From Abditibacterium sp. (lineage in GTDB: Bacteria; Armatimonadota; Abditibacteriia; Abditibacteriales; Abditibacteriaceae), in NCBI GenBank assembly GCA_965199495.1, contig CBDASK010000003.1, positions 2,752,001-2,816,000 on the forward strand: a DNA stretch of 64,000 nt, written 5' to 3'. The first letter of the stretch is position 1; each line of letters begins with the position of its first letter. Shown here piece after piece: positions 29,354 through 39,554 of this stretch. A program made the translations under genes and the position numbers. The notes below the pieces were generated by a model. The model saw only the letters and a program-made list of their open reading frames with translations, ran no database searches and had not been told where the DNA came from.

Positions 29354-29848
29354 ATGAAACCGATTCTCGCTCTCACCCTCGTTGTCTTGGCCGGTGGCTG
29401 CATTTCCGTCCAAGACAGCGGTGGTGGCTCCCGTTTCGTTTCGTCGCTGAGTCCGACAGCCAAAGGCGAGGCGATTTTTACCAAAGAAGTCGGCCCGCAA
29501 GATAGCGCCGTAAACTTTGAAGTGATCGATTCCAAAATCGGCGCCAAGCCGATAAACGTCGGCTTCGTCGGCGATGACAAATGGAAGGGCAAGATGCCGC
29601 ACGCCGCCGTTTGGTCAAAAGATGGCACTGTCATCGCGGTGCAGGGCGCGGACTTCAAAAGTTGGTCGCACGCCTACGATTTCAAGCGCAGCGATTTCTC
29701 GCTGGGCGATGTGTATCCGCTCGATAAACGCGCCAAAGACATCGAGAAATTGCTGAAATCGCGCGGCGGCATCGGCCCAAAAGTGCTGGACGATTGGGCA
29801 AAGTTCGACGAGGCCGCGCGTCCGGTTGAAAATCAGAGCAGAAATTGA
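29354..29848 (+). CDS. Hypothetical lipoprotein
   Basis: MKPILALTLVVLAGGC lipobox. Confidence 0.7.
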   Translation: MKPILALTLVVLAGGCISVQDSGGGSRFVSSLSPTAKGEAIFTKEVGPQDSAVNFEVIDSKIGAKPINVGFVGDDKWKGKMPHAAVWSKDGTVIAVQGADFKSWSHAYDFKRSDFSLGDVYPLDKRAKDIEKLLKSRGGIGPKVLDDWAKFDEAARPVENQSRN

Positions 29849-30108
29849 AACGAAACTCGAAATTGGTTTCTGCTTTCATAGGAGTTACGCAGTTCGTTTT
29901 CGTGTCCGCGAAGGCGGACAGTTGCGCGCGGAGCGCGATCCAAGGCCCACATTTCAATGTGGGTTTACGGAGAAAAGCTGCGCTCCTACTTCATCAATCC
30001 ATTTTGTTTTTAATTCGATAAAATAATTTGGGATGAGATTGAAAAATTATCAATTCGCCGTTGCCATAGCGAGCTAATCAGAACCCCCTTTGCGCTTTAG
30101 ACATTGTC

Positions 30109-30738
30109 ATGTTTCGCTTTTACTTGCGCTCTCACCGCGCATCGCGCGCCGCATTTACTTTGACAGAATTGCTCGTCGTGGTCGCGATTATCGCCATCTT
30201 GGCGGCGATTCTGTTTCCGGTTTTTGCGCGCGCCCGCGAAAGGGCGCGTCAGACGAGTTGCGTTTCCAATCTCAAGCAAATTGGTCTGGGGCTAAAGCAA
30301 TATGCGCAGGATTACGATGGGAGTTATCCAGAGAAATCCACGGTGTTGGGCAATTCTTTTTTGCGCGCTGCGGACGACCCCCAATCTCTGCCCCATGTTT
30401 TGGAGCCTTACATTAAGGGCCACCAAATTTGGGTTTGTCCCAGTGGCTGGGAAGATTTGCAAAAGGCGGGCAATACCTACGCTTATTATCTGAGTAGCAT
30501 CGCTTCCAATAACCCCGATGCCAACGAAGGAAATGGCAATCAATTTGATGCTTCGGTCGTCACCGATGCTTATTTGTATAAGTCCGTTTCGACTTTGGGT
30601 GTCATCGGAAACCCGATAGCCCAGGCCAAATCTAACCGTTACTGTCCGCATTTTGATCGTTATAACCAGCTTTATTTCGACGGCCACGTCAAGTTGCGCG
30701 ACGCCAAAACCGCCGCAACGGGTTGTCCCGCTTCATAA
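30109..30738 (+). CDS. Prepilin-type N-terminal cleavage / DUF1559 H-X9-DG protein
   Basis: [36 protein letters not shown] and [15 protein letters not shown]. Confidence 0.9.
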   Translation: MFRFYLRSHRASRAAFTLTELLVVVAIIAILAAILFPVFARARERARQTSCVSNLKQIGLGLKQYAQDYDGSYPEKSTVLGNSFLRAADDPQSLPHVLEPYIKGHQIWVCPSGWEDLQKAGNTYAYYLSSIASNNPDANEGNGNQFDASVVTDAYLYKSVSTLGVIGNPIAQAKSNRYCPHFDRYNQLYFDGHVKLRDAKTAATGCPAS

Positions 30739-30759
30739 TATAATTTTTCGACTCACTTT

Positions 30760-31359
30760 ATGCCGTATTCCCGTCGTCGTGCTGGCTTTACCCTCGTGGA
30801 AATCCTCGTCCTCGTCCTCGTTATCGCGATTCTGGCGGCGATTGCGTTTCCCATCGTCAGTTCGGCGCGCGCCAATGCGCGCGAATCCAGTTGTCAGTCG
30901 AACCTAAAACAGATTTATGCGGGCTACCGCTTGTATGCGCAGGATTACAACAAAAAATATCCCGCCAAAGTGAAGTGTTTGGGAGCTTCGAGTTTCCGCG
31001 CGGTCAAAGACCCACGTTCGCTGGTGGCACTGCTACGGCCCTACACCAAAAACGCGCCAATCTGGGTTTGTCCGAGTGCGCCGCCAGAACACCAGAAAAT
31101 CGGCGTTTCCTATATGTGGACGATTGCCAAATATGGCACCGAGAACGCGGCGCAAGAAAAGCCCGGCCCCGCCAGTGCGAATAAAGCTCTGGCGTGGGAC
31201 AACTACATTTATCGCGAGCCAACTCCCATCGGCGCCAAAGGCAATCCGACTTCGCATTCCAATAAATTCAGTCCGCTACGCTACCCACACCGCGACGGGC
31301 AGGGTTTGAATTGGCTTTACGCCGATGGTCACGTTAAATATAAAACAAAAGCCAGGTGA
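30760..31359 (+). CDS. Prepilin-type / DUF1559 H-X9-DG-like protein
   Basis: GFTLVEIL..., CQSNLKQ and NWLYADGHVK. Confidence 0.88.
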   Translation: MPYSRRRAGFTLVEILVLVLVIAILAAIAFPIVSSARANARESSCQSNLKQIYAGYRLYAQDYNKKYPAKVKCLGASSFRAVKDPRSLVALLRPYTKNAPIWVCPSAPPEHQKIGVSYMWTIAKYGTENAAQEKPGPASANKALAWDNYIYREPTPIGAKGNPTSHSNKFSPLRYPHRDGQGLNWLYADGHVKYKTKAR

Positions 31360-31639
31360 AAATTTCCGTCTTAGCGCCGCTCGCCATTGGCGCTCTGAGC
31401 CTGAGTTGGGCTTTGTCTCAACCGCAATTGCACGCCCAGCCCGCACCAGCCCACGCCGCCCGACAACTCAGTCAGCGCCGTGGCTGCTGTTGCAGAACAA
31501 AGCAAGCCGTTCGCGTCATCGCGTCAAAAATCTGGGAATTTGGAGCGAACGCTCAATTCACTTAATTTTAATTCTGAGTAATTAAATCGGAAATAACCCT
31601 TGGCAACCGTCTCAATTCGGTTTAAATTCTCTGTGTTCG

Positions 31640-31667
31640 CTAATCCGACTAAATTAGTCGGGATTAG
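31640..31667. promoter_or_regulatory. Rrf2-family (IscR/CymR-like) operator
   Basis: Palindrome CTAATCCGACTAAATTAGTCGGGATTAG containing the GACTAWWTAGTC-type core of IscR type-1 sites. Confidence 0.6.
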
Positions 31668-31780
31668 AATAAATGAAAAAATCGGCCCGCCGTTGCAGCG
31701 GCGAGCCGATTCGAGAATCCAGCCGCGATTGCGACCGAACCCGCAATTTCAAAGTGTAATCGCGCGCTGGAAACATTGTT

Positions 31781-32608
31781 ATGTTTCCCCAAATTTCGCG
31801 CGCCTGCGCGCCGCGCACACACGCCTTCCGTTCTGGCTTCACACTTGTGGAGCTTCTCGTTGTTATCGCCATCATTTCGATTCTGGCGGCGATATTGTTT
31901 CCCGTCTTCGCTCGCGCGAGAGAAAATGCGCGCCGCAGTTCGTGCCAGTCCAATCTGAAGCAAATGGGTTTGGCATGGATGCAATACACGCAAGATTACG
32001 ATGAAGCGGCGGTGCCCGCTTCGTGGTCTGAACCCGATTACACCTATCATCTGTGGAACGGCACCGGCAAATACGCGGGCACCTTCGATTACACCGCGTC
32101 GCCGATGTGGCCTTACATGAAGAACGCCCAGTTCACCGGATGCGCTTCGGCCCGCAGTGATGAGGCCGCCGATTGGGGCATGACCGATTATGGTTACAAC
32201 CAGCTTTACGTCGGCGGTTATGGGCCGGGCACGGGCGGCCCGCGCGTGGCAGCCAGCCCCAACAAAGATCGCATGACGCAAACGCCCGCCAAACTCGCGC
32301 AACTTGCGGCGCCTTCGCAAACGTTGCTTTTCGCCGATTCGATTTGGTCAACTCCAACGGGATCGCAGTCGCGCTGGCCGTGGCTGTATCCGCCGAGTTC
32401 GGGCGCGGCGAATGGATTTTTGCAGGCGCGCCATTTGGAAACCTGCAACATCGCTTTTGTTGACGGCCACGTCAAAGCGATGAAACTCAACGTGATGGTG
32501 CCCGATGGCAACGCGAGTGGCCAAACGCCTCGTAGCGCGATGCGCGGCAACATTTCTCCCAATGGAACCTTGACCGACGAATATTGGAGCGGCGACGGAC
32601 AGCCGTAA
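31781..32608 (+). CDS. Prepilin-type / DUF1559 H-X9-DG protein
   Basis: [43 protein letters not shown] and [16 protein letters not shown]. Confidence 0.92.
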   Translation: MFPQISRACAPRTHAFRSGFTLVELLVVIAIISILAAILFPVFARARENARRSSCQSNLKQMGLAWMQYTQDYDEAAVPASWSEPDYTYHLWNGTGKYAGTFDYTASPMWPYMKNAQFTGCASARSDEAADWGMTDYGYNQLYVGGYGPGTGGPRVAASPNKDRMTQTPAKLAQLAAPSQTLLFADSIWSTPTGSQSRWPWLYPPSSGAANGFLQARHLETCNIAFVDGHVKAMKLNVMVPDGNASGQTPRSAMRGNISPNGTLTDEYWSGDGQP

Positions 32609-32614
32609 ATTTCG

Positions 32615-33832
32615 ATGAAATTACCGCGCAAATTCTCGCAGGGCGCCCGTAAAACCTGTTTTGTGATTCATCTGTGGACGGGCCTAATTCTTGGACTTTG
32701 GTTCGTAATGATCGGGCTGACTGGCAGCTTTTTGGCGTGGCGTTCCGAGTTCACCAGTTGGGAAGCCAGAACGCGCGTGGGCGCGCCCAAACCGCGCGCG
32801 GGAGAAAAAATCATTCCGGTTTCGCGCGCGATAGCGGCGCTCAAAGCCGCCGATCCCAAACTCAAGCCGGAGCGCGGACTTTACATTCCGCCGGGCGAAT
32901 ACGCTTATTATGTGCTGAGCGCGCGCGGCGAACGCAACGTCCAACCCGCGACGTTGCTTTATCTGGTCAATCCGGTGACGGCGCGGGTTTATCCGCCGGT
33001 TGACCGCAGCACGTTGTGGGTCGAGTTCTTCGAGCATCTGCACGCCAATTTGCTGTTGGCTGGCAAAGGCAACTTCGCCAACGGAATTTTGTCGTTTATC
33101 GCGCTGTTTTTGTTGGCGACGGGCGCGTGGCTGTGGTGGCCATCCAACTGGAAACAACTCAAGCAACGCATCTCGATAAAGCGCGGCACCACTTTGCGCC
33201 GCACGCTTTACGATTGGCACAACGTTTTGGGCGTTTATCTTTTTGGATTGCTCTTTCTGCTGACTCTGACGGGCGTGGCTCTGGTCTGGAACGAACAAAC
33301 CGATAAAAGCCTGACCAAACTGATTGACAATTGGACGGGCGCGCGAAAGTCAGTCGTGCAGGGCAGCGCGACCGTGAGCGGCGGGCAAATGCCCGACATC
33401 ACGCCGCGCGGAAAAATGTTAGGCGTTGACGAACTGGTCGCCCGCGCCCAAGCCGCCGTGCCGGGCGGAACGCTGGTTTTCATCAGTTTGCCGCGCCGCG
33501 CCGGACAACCGTTTCAAACCGCCTTCGATCCGATTGGATTTAACAACGGTCTGGTGCTTTTCGATCCTTATACCGGCGAACGTCTGGCAGCCAATGGCAG
33601 CACCTTTTCGACCGGCGAAATGACGATGAAAGTCGCGGGCGATCTGCATTACGGTTGGTTTGGCGGCGTGTGGTCGAAATTCTTTTACGGCCTGAGCGGA
33701 TTGTTACCGCTCGGCCTTTACCTCACCGGTTTGGGGTTGTGGTGGAAGCGCTTGCAAGCCAAAAAACAAGCGCAACAACGCCGCGCCCAAAATGCGCCTT
33801 CCGCGTCTGCCTCCATTACCGCCGAAGTTTGA
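32615..33832 (+). CDS. PepSY-associated TM-helix protein (iron-regulated membrane protein family)
   Basis: IHLWTGL...TGS, HLHANLL, DWHNVLG and DLHYG conserved His helices. Confidence 0.88.
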   Translation: MKLPRKFSQGARKTCFVIHLWTGLILGLWFVMIGLTGSFLAWRSEFTSWEARTRVGAPKPRAGEKIIPVSRAIAALKAADPKLKPERGLYIPPGEYAYYVLSARGERNVQPATLLYLVNPVTARVYPPVDRSTLWVEFFEHLHANLLLAGKGNFANGILSFIALFLLATGAWLWWPSNWKQLKQRISIKRGTTLRRTLYDWHNVLGVYLFGLLFLLTLTGVALVWNEQTDKSLTKLIDNWTGARKSVVQGSATVSGGQMPDITPRGKMLGVDELVARAQAAVPGGTLVFISLPRRAGQPFQTAFDPIGFNNGLVLFDPYTGERLAANGSTFSTGEMTMKVAGDLHYGWFGGVWSKFFYGLSGLLPLGLYLTGLGLWWKRLQAKKQAQQRRAQNAPSASASITAEV

Positions 33833-33850
33833 TGCGGTTAACCTTAAATT

Positions 33851-34348
33851 ATGGAACTTTTCCAAGCCATTCACGCGCGCCGCACCGTCAAAGATTTCAA
33901 ACCCGATGCGGTGCCCGACGAACTTTTGATGCGCGCGCTCGAAGCCGGATTGTGGGCGCAAAACCATCGCATGACGCAGCCGTGGCGATTCGCCCTCGTC
34001 GGCCCGCAAACGCGCGCGGCGTTGACGCGATTCTTTCCCAAAGCGCCATCAAAACCGGCGATTGTCGCGGTTTCGTGTTTTAAAAGCGACGGCGGCGAAC
34101 AGGAACGCGAAGATTACGCGGCGGTCGCGTGCGCGATTCAAAACATTCAACTCGCGGCGTGGGATTTGGGCTTGGGAATGCAATGGAGTTCGGGTAAAGC
34201 CGCAACGGGGCCGGAGAATTACGCGATTCTGGGCATTAATGCCGAGCGGGAAACTTTGGTCGGATTGCTGTTGTTTGGCTTTCCCGAAACCGTGCCCGCA
34301 GCGCAGATGCGCCAGCCGCTCGACGAAGTTTTGCGGCGTTTGGATTGA
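33851..34348 (+). CDS. Nitroreductase family protein
   Basis: RRTVKDF, WAQNHRMTQPWRF and AIQNIQLAAWDLGLG. Confidence 0.88.
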   Translation: MELFQAIHARRTVKDFKPDAVPDELLMRALEAGLWAQNHRMTQPWRFALVGPQTRAALTRFFPKAPSKPAIVAVSCFKSDGGEQEREDYAAVACAIQNIQLAAWDLGLGMQWSSGKAATGPENYAILGINAERETLVGLLLFGFPETVPAAQMRQPLDEVLRRLD

Positions 34349-34363
34349 ACGCAAACTTCGGTT

Positions 34364-34446
34364 GCGAACCGCGAGCGTCAGCGACCGGCCAAAGTTTGAT
34401 TTCCTTGCGTTTTAACCTTGGCCAGTCGCTGACGCTCGCGGTTCGC
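34364..34446. repeat. REP-like palindrome (GCGAACCGCGAGCGTCAGCGAC...)
   Basis: About 28-bp near-perfect arms in an intergenic gap. Confidence 0.8.
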
Positions 34447-34527
34447 CATATCGCGGGGTTCCGCGCGCTCGCAAAACGCACTTTTCACTCGAACGTTACA
34501 GGCACATAGAAAGGCGCCTGTTAAACT

Positions 34528-35871
34528 TTGACTCAACTTATGACCAATCGCAGTGCAATGTCTCGCATGGAAGATTTCTTCTATCGCGAGCTGATGAAAT
34601 ATCTCTACCTCGCCGAAGAAAAGCGGCGCTGGAACCAATTCAAAGACGTGCCGTGGGATCAGGCCAACCCGAACTCGCACGAAACGCTCGCCATGTGCGT
34701 CGAGACGTTTTGTGCCGTCGAGATGTATCTGCCCGATTTCACCTCGAAATTATTAACCATGATTCGCCGCAGTCGCGGGCGCGCGTGGTTTCATATCAAC
34801 TGGGGTTACGAAGAATCGAAGCATTCTTTAACTTTGGAAGGTTGGCTGTTGGCGTCGGGCCATCGCACCGAAGAGCAACGCGAGGAAGTCGAGAAAGCGC
34901 TCGCCAATCAGGAGTGGGAACTGCCGTTCGATCATCCGCGCCAGATGGTTTGCTACACGATGGTGCAGGAATTGGCGACGTTCTGGAACTATCGTAACCT
35001 CGAAAAAATGGCGGGCAAGCAGCACGATATTGCCCTCGTCACGGCGCTGCGTTTAATTTCTGTGGACGAACGCGTTCACTATAACTTCTTCCGTAACATG
35101 GTCAAGGAGTGGATGAAGTGGGACGAAGCAGGCACGATTGCCGATTTGAAATACGTCTTCGATAACTTCACCATGCCGGGCAACTCGCAGATTCCCGGCT
35201 ATGACGCCGCCGCCAAAGTTCTGGCCAAAACCGGTATTTACGGCCCGCGCGAATATATCAAGTTGGTGAAAAACCCGATTTTGGAAGATTTGCGCATTGA
35301 CAAAGATTTCAAGAAAATCGAGGACGCCGAAGCCAAAGAGAACCGCGAAAAAGCGATTAAACAGCAGGAAGAAGACTCGCGCGAAAAAATCGCTCTCGGA
35401 GGCAGCCACGCCGTGGCTAAGGCCGACGCGCGCGCCGACGCCAAACATCCGTTTAACTCGAACGCTTTGAATAAAGTGTTGGAAAACAATAAACCGAACA
35501 ATCCGGGACGCGGCAAATGGGATTCGCGTCACGCGATTCCAACTTACGCCGACGGCAGCAAGCGTAGCGCGTTCTTGGATATGGTCGGCATCGAACCCGC
35601 CGAGCGCGTCGAAACCAGCACTTCGCTCATTTTGCTGGCGCAGGAATTCGAGAAATTGCCCGGTTCGCGCGGCATGGATAAATTGAACAATCCGCTCGAC
35701 CAAAAGCTGCTCGAAATCGGCGACGAACTCTCCAATAACGCGGGCGAATTGCGCAGCGAACGCGCGAAGATTAAAGAAGAACGCGAAATTACGCGCGCGA
35801 GCCGCAATAAAAACGACCGGTTGATGCAGAAGTATCAGGAAGGCGAAGAGAAACCGAACGAAGAAAAGTAA
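34528..35871 (+). CDS. Acyl-ACP desaturase-like diiron protein with charged C-terminal extension
   Basis: VEMYLP, WGYEESKH, QELAT and DERVH (two ExxH motifs), FTMPG. Confidence 0.8.
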   Translation: MTQLMTNRSAMSRMEDFFYRELMKYLYLAEEKRRWNQFKDVPWDQANPNSHETLAMCVETFCAVEMYLPDFTSKLLTMIRRSRGRAWFHINWGYEESKHSLTLEGWLLASGHRTEEQREEVEKALANQEWELPFDHPRQMVCYTMVQELATFWNYRNLEKMAGKQHDIALVTALRLISVDERVHYNFFRNMVKEWMKWDEAGTIADLKYVFDNFTMPGNSQIPGYDAAAKVLAKTGIYGPREYIKLVKNPILEDLRIDKDFKKIEDAEAKENREKAIKQQEEDSREKIALGGSHAVAKADARADAKHPFNSNALNKVLENNKPNNPGRGKWDSRHAIPTYADGSKRSAFLDMVGIEPAERVETSTSLILLAQEFEKLPGSRGMDKLNNPLDQKLLEIGDELSNNAGELRSERAKIKEEREITRASRNKNDRLMQKYQEGEEKPNEEK

Positions 35872-35875
35872 AAGC

Positions 35876-35909
35876 AAAAAACCGCGCTCTGATTAGAGCG
35901 CGGTTTTTT
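35876..35909. terminator. Bidirectional terminator
   Basis: AAAAAACCGCGCTCT-GATT-AGAGCGCGGTTTTTT. Confidence 0.85.
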
Positions 35910-35928
35910 GTTCCGATTTTGCAAATTT

Positions 35929-36471
35929 CTAACGGTTAGTTTTTTCGATATTTATGGGAATAAAACTACTGTTGGAAGTCAAAAGTATCTGATCCACTCG
36001 GATTCCCATTTCCAAATCGGTGAGCTTCATTACATTGATACCTTTATCACAATGAAAGCGGCCTCGACAATATTGCCAACTCCAAATGCCATAACTGGCT
36101 TGGTCTCCAAGAATTCTGGGACGACTCTCGTTAATAGAAACTTTGAAACTATTACTAAAGTTATTGATATATTTGATGCGCGTCCATAAATAGTAAGTGC
36201 CGGGCGTCTCGACGCGAAATTTATAGGTCGCTGAACCATCGTCGTGGTTGGCCACCCAAGGCATTTGTAAATATCCGTGCGACGGATTTTGCCATGGCTC
36301 TGCGATATTCTTTTTGGAAGAAATTTCAACTCTTTTCAGCGGCTTTTTTATCTGAGCCGCATTTTCTGCTTCCCAGCATATAACGATATTTGGAGCGGCA
36401 TAAACTTGCTTCGCGCAAGCAAATGAAATCAACAGCAATGGCGTTGCAACGTTTATTTTGTTCATCGTCAA
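35929..36471 (-). CDS. Secreted protein, carbohydrate-binding-module-like (low GC)
   Basis: Signal peptide; WEAE, YKF.V...GTYYLWTR, NSF and G.RVDQILLT jelly-roll pattern. Confidence 0.55.
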   Translation of the reverse strand: MTMNKINVATPLLLISFACAKQVYAAPNIVICWEAENAAQIKKPLKRVEISSKKNIAEPWQNPSHGYLQMPWVANHDDGSATYKFRVETPGTYYLWTRIKYINNFSNSFKVSINESRPRILGDQASYGIWSWQYCRGRFHCDKGINVMKLTDLEMGIRVDQILLTSNSSFIPINIEKTNR

Positions 36472-36527
36472 AAATCTGACAATTTAATTGTGAGAAGGTT
36501 CGGCTTTTGCTGCGATAGAAGAGGTTA

Positions 36528-37472
36528 TTATTGTTCAATATCGTTCGTTCGATAAATCGCCGCGCACAATTTCGCGTTGGTGAAATCCATCACAACGATA
36601 CCGAAATCACCGCGCGCGTTCGTTGCGAAAAATTGCGCTAAACGCGGATTAATCGCGCTCGCAACCGACGGAACATTGGGAATACCAAATAATCCCGCTT
36701 TGACGCCGCTCGCGAAATTCAGCGTGAGCGGCGGATTTACACCGGCTTGCGTTTGCTTTAGCAATTGCTCGATGGAATTCCATTTATCGTCGGTGTCAGT
36801 CACTTTATAAATATCTTGGACGCGCAAGTTTTCACGAACAAAAGTTTGATTATCCGGCCAGTTCGAGGCGTCAATACCCGTCGCCGTGGCTGCATTGAAG
36901 CGGCGCAACAATACGATTTTGCCGCGCGCTTGATTGAGCGTTGGAACTGTCGAACTCAGCAGCCACGGCGACGGATTGCGCGCGATATAATTATCGACAG
37001 TCGCAGCGAACGAGCGCATGTTGTTACGCGCTTCGTATTCTTCTTTGACGCTTAGAATTATGGTTTCGGAGGGATGAGCGCGCAGGAAATCGGTGGCGCT
37101 TTTGATAACGTCGGCGAAGTTTTGGTGTTGGTCAATCGGGCCGTGATAAATCGTGAAGGCGTTGTTTTGGTGACGGCAACGAATATCGAGAAAGCGAACG
37201 CCCGCGTCGAGTTGTTGGGCAATCGTCAGGTTTTGGCATTTGGCGGTGCCGCGAATCGGCTCGTAAAGCGCGGCGCTGTTGTGCGTGCCGGGGATAGAAA
37301 TTTGTGAAATCGGGATTTTGCCATTGAGCGATTTCATCCAGTCCGTGCCGGTGGCTGCACTGGCCACTGCGGGGATTCCGAAAACGGTCGGCGAAACGAT
37401 GACGCACAAACCAACAATTCCGCTTGCCAGCAACAACGCGCCAACTTTGACGAGCTTGTGTTTGGTTCTCAT
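36528..37472 (-). CDS. Phosphatidylinositol-specific phospholipase C
   Basis: SIPGTHNS, QLDAGVRFLDIR, YHG, ARGKIVLLRRF and VQD motifs. Confidence 0.9.
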   Translation of the reverse strand: MRTKHKLVKVGALLLASGIVGLCVIVSPTVFGIPAVASAATGTDWMKSLNGKIPISQISIPGTHNSAALYEPIRGTAKCQNLTIAQQLDAGVRFLDIRCRHQNNAFTIYHGPIDQHQNFADVIKSATDFLRAHPSETIILSVKEEYEARNNMRSFAATVDNYIARNPSPWLLSSTVPTLNQARGKIVLLRRFNAATATGIDASNWPDNQTFVRENLRVQDIYKVTDTDDKWNSIEQLLKQTQAGVNPPLTLNFASGVKAGLFGIPNVPSVASAINPRLAQFFATNARGDFGIVVMDFTNAKLCAAIYRTNDIEQ

Positions 37473-37487
37473 CGCGATGAAAAACAC

Positions 37488-37515
37488 AAAACCGCGCTTC
37501 ATTAGGCGCGGTTTT
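37488..37515. terminator. Intrinsic terminator
   Basis: AAAACCGCGCTT-CATT-AGGCGCGGTTTT downstream of the receiver gene. Confidence 0.7.
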
Positions 37516-37520
37516 CAGGT

Positions 37521-37925
37521 TTAGGCGGCGTGCATTTCGCTGGCTAAATTTTCGATCATTTCAAATAATTGATCAAATTCGATTGGTTTGGCTAAATGCG
37601 CATCATAACCGGCGCGTTTGGCACGGTCGCCGTCGAGGTTCATGTCGTAGCCGGTCAGGGCGATGGAACGAAACGGGCCGAATTGGGGTTGCTCGCGCAT
37701 CGTCTGCATCATTTCGTAGCCGTCCATTTCGGGCATGCCGATGTCGGAAACGATGACGTGGGGCGCAAATTCGGTCGCGGTTTGCAGGGCTTCGCCCGCG
37801 CTCTGGCAGGTGCGAACTTCGTATTGGCGTCGTTGCATCATCAAGTCGAGCATCGACAGCAAATCGGGTTGATCGTCAACGAGTAACACTCGCAGTGAGG
37901 CGCTGGAATCGAAATGGCTTTGCAT
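37521..37925 (-). CDS. Single-domain response regulator
   Basis: LLVDD, SDIGMPEMDG, ALTG and HLAKP. Confidence 0.92.
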   Translation of the reverse strand: MQSHFDSSASLRVLLVDDQPDLLSMLDLMMQRRQYEVRTCQSAGEALQTATEFAPHVIVSDIGMPEMDGYEMMQTMREQPQFGPFRSIALTGYDMNLDGDRAKRAGYDAHLAKPIEFDQLFEMIENLASEMHAA

Positions 37926-38097
37926 GAGAATACTCGCTGTTTAACCCCAAAAGTTTACCGCAACACCCTGCGCTCCTAACACAAGGAATAACCCTTAAAA
38001 CTGGTAAATTTAACCTGCCACACCTCATGAAATAACGATGCGTGACAGGAAAACTTGTGCTAAGCGGTTTTTCGTTGTTTCCCTTTGGGCTTTCTCT

Positions 38098-39108
38098 TCA
38101 CGCCGCGACGGGCGCGAGTTTTTCGACCAACTCCTCGATCAAATCGTCGGATTCGACGCCCTCGGCCTGACCTTCAAAGTTGAGCAAAATGCGATGGCGT
38201 AAAGCCGGACGCGCCACGAAGTCAATGTCTTCGTAAGAAACGTGAAAGCGTCCTTCAAACAGCGCCCGCACTTTGGCCGCCAACACCAACGCCTGCGCAC
38301 CACGCGGCGAAGCGCCATAGCGCACGAATCGTTTCACCGCGTCGGTGGCGTATTCGCTGTCGGGATGGCTGGCCAAAACCAACTGCACCGCGTGTTCCTG
38401 AACGTGCGAGGCAATCGGCACTTCGCGCACTAATTTGCGCAACATCAAAATCTCTTGCGAAGACAAAACCGGTTCGGGCATTTCGTTGTAACCCGTTGTG
38501 GTGCGATTGAGGATTTCCATCAACTCATCGGAGGTGGGAAAGAAAACTTTCAACTTGAATAGGAAACGATCTAACTGGGCTTCTGGCAAGGGGTAAGTTC
38601 CCTCTTGTTCCACAGGGTTTTGCGTCGCCAGCACGATATAAGGCTCTTCGAGCTTGTAAGTCGTGCCCGCGACAGTCACGCTGCGTTCCTGCATCGCTTC
38701 CAAAAGCGCCGATTGCGTTTTGGGCGTGGCGCGGTTGATTTCGTCGGCCAGCAGAACGTTGGTGAAAACCGGGCCGCGCTGAAACTGAAATTGGCGCGAA
38801 CCATCGGGCAAATCGGCGATGATGTTGGTGCCGGTCACGTCGGCGGGCATCAGGTCGGGCGTAAACTGGATGCGCGAGAAATCCAGCCCCAGACTTCCAG
38901 CCAGCGCGCGCACCATCAGAGTTTTGCCCAGTCCGGGCACGCCTTCAAGCAGGACGTGGCCGCCCGCCATCAGGCACATCAAAACGCCTTCGACGATCAT
39001 ATCTTGTCCGACCAGAGTGCGCGCCATCTGCGCTTTGACATCGTCGAGGCGCTCTTGAAAGTGAGCCACGGCCTGTTGCGGCGAAAGTTGAGTAGGGGAT
39101 TCGGTCAT
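38098..39108 (-). CDS. MoxR-family AAA+ ATPase
   Basis: HVLLEGVPGLGKT, RIQFTPDLMPAD, DEINRATPKTQSALLEAM and YPLPEAQLDRF. Confidence 0.95.
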   Translation of the reverse strand: MTESPTQLSPQQAVAHFQERLDDVKAQMARTLVGQDMIVEGVLMCLMAGGHVLLEGVPGLGKTLMVRALAGSLGLDFSRIQFTPDLMPADVTGTNIIADLPDGSRQFQFQRGPVFTNVLLADEINRATPKTQSALLEAMQERSVTVAGTTYKLEEPYIVLATQNPVEQEGTYPLPEAQLDRFLFKLKVFFPTSDELMEILNRTTTGYNEMPEPVLSSQEILMLRKLVREVPIASHVQEHAVQLVLASHPDSEYATDAVKRFVRYGASPRGAQALVLAAKVRALFEGRFHVSYEDIDFVARPALRHRILLNFEGQAEGVESDDLIEELVEKLAPVAA

Positions 39109-39140
39109 TTATTGTCGTTAAGTTTAGCGCGCACAGATAT

Positions 39141-39554
39141 TTAGCGAATGAAAAGCGCTTTGACCAGAGCGGCGTCGTGAAGCGGAGTAATCTCGTGTTT
39201 GTCGGCGGTGACAAATTCGGCATTCAGGCGGCGCGCCAGAGCCACGCCGAGCGCGTCGCCCAGCGGCAACGACGCGCCCGCGATGCGGCGCGCGGCGATG
39301 AGCGCACCGGCGTCGCGCCAGAATTCGCCATCCATGTCGGAGCGTTCGATGACGCCCGCATCTAACAGTTTATCTATGGAGATTTGAGCTTGAGTTTCGC
39401 CGTCTCTGCGCCACATAATGTGAAATACTTCGCAAAGATTGGCCGAATGGATATACAAAGGAATGCTCGTATCGGCGAATAGGTCTGCGACAACAGTAGC
39501 TCCCGGTTCATCTTTTAGAAAAGCGACTACGGCTGACGAATCGAGAACGCTCAC
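39141..39554 (-). CDS. PIN-domain (VapC-like) toxin
   Basis: VLDSSAVVAFLKDEPG, NLCEV, LPLGDA and VTAD. Confidence 0.88.
   Translation of the reverse strand: MSVLDSSAVVAFLKDEPGATVVADLFADTSIPLYIHSANLCEVFHIMWRRDGETQAQISIDKLLDAGVIERSDMDGEFWRDAGALIAARRIAGASLPLGDALGVALARRLNAEFVTADKHEITPLHDAALVKALFIR

Noticed and set aside
31670..31780. Possible riboswitch in the hairpin-rich leader of the third pilin-like gene
   Set aside because: Hairpins are present, but I could not identify conserved cobalamin, TPP or SAM motifs. An Rfam scan would be needed.
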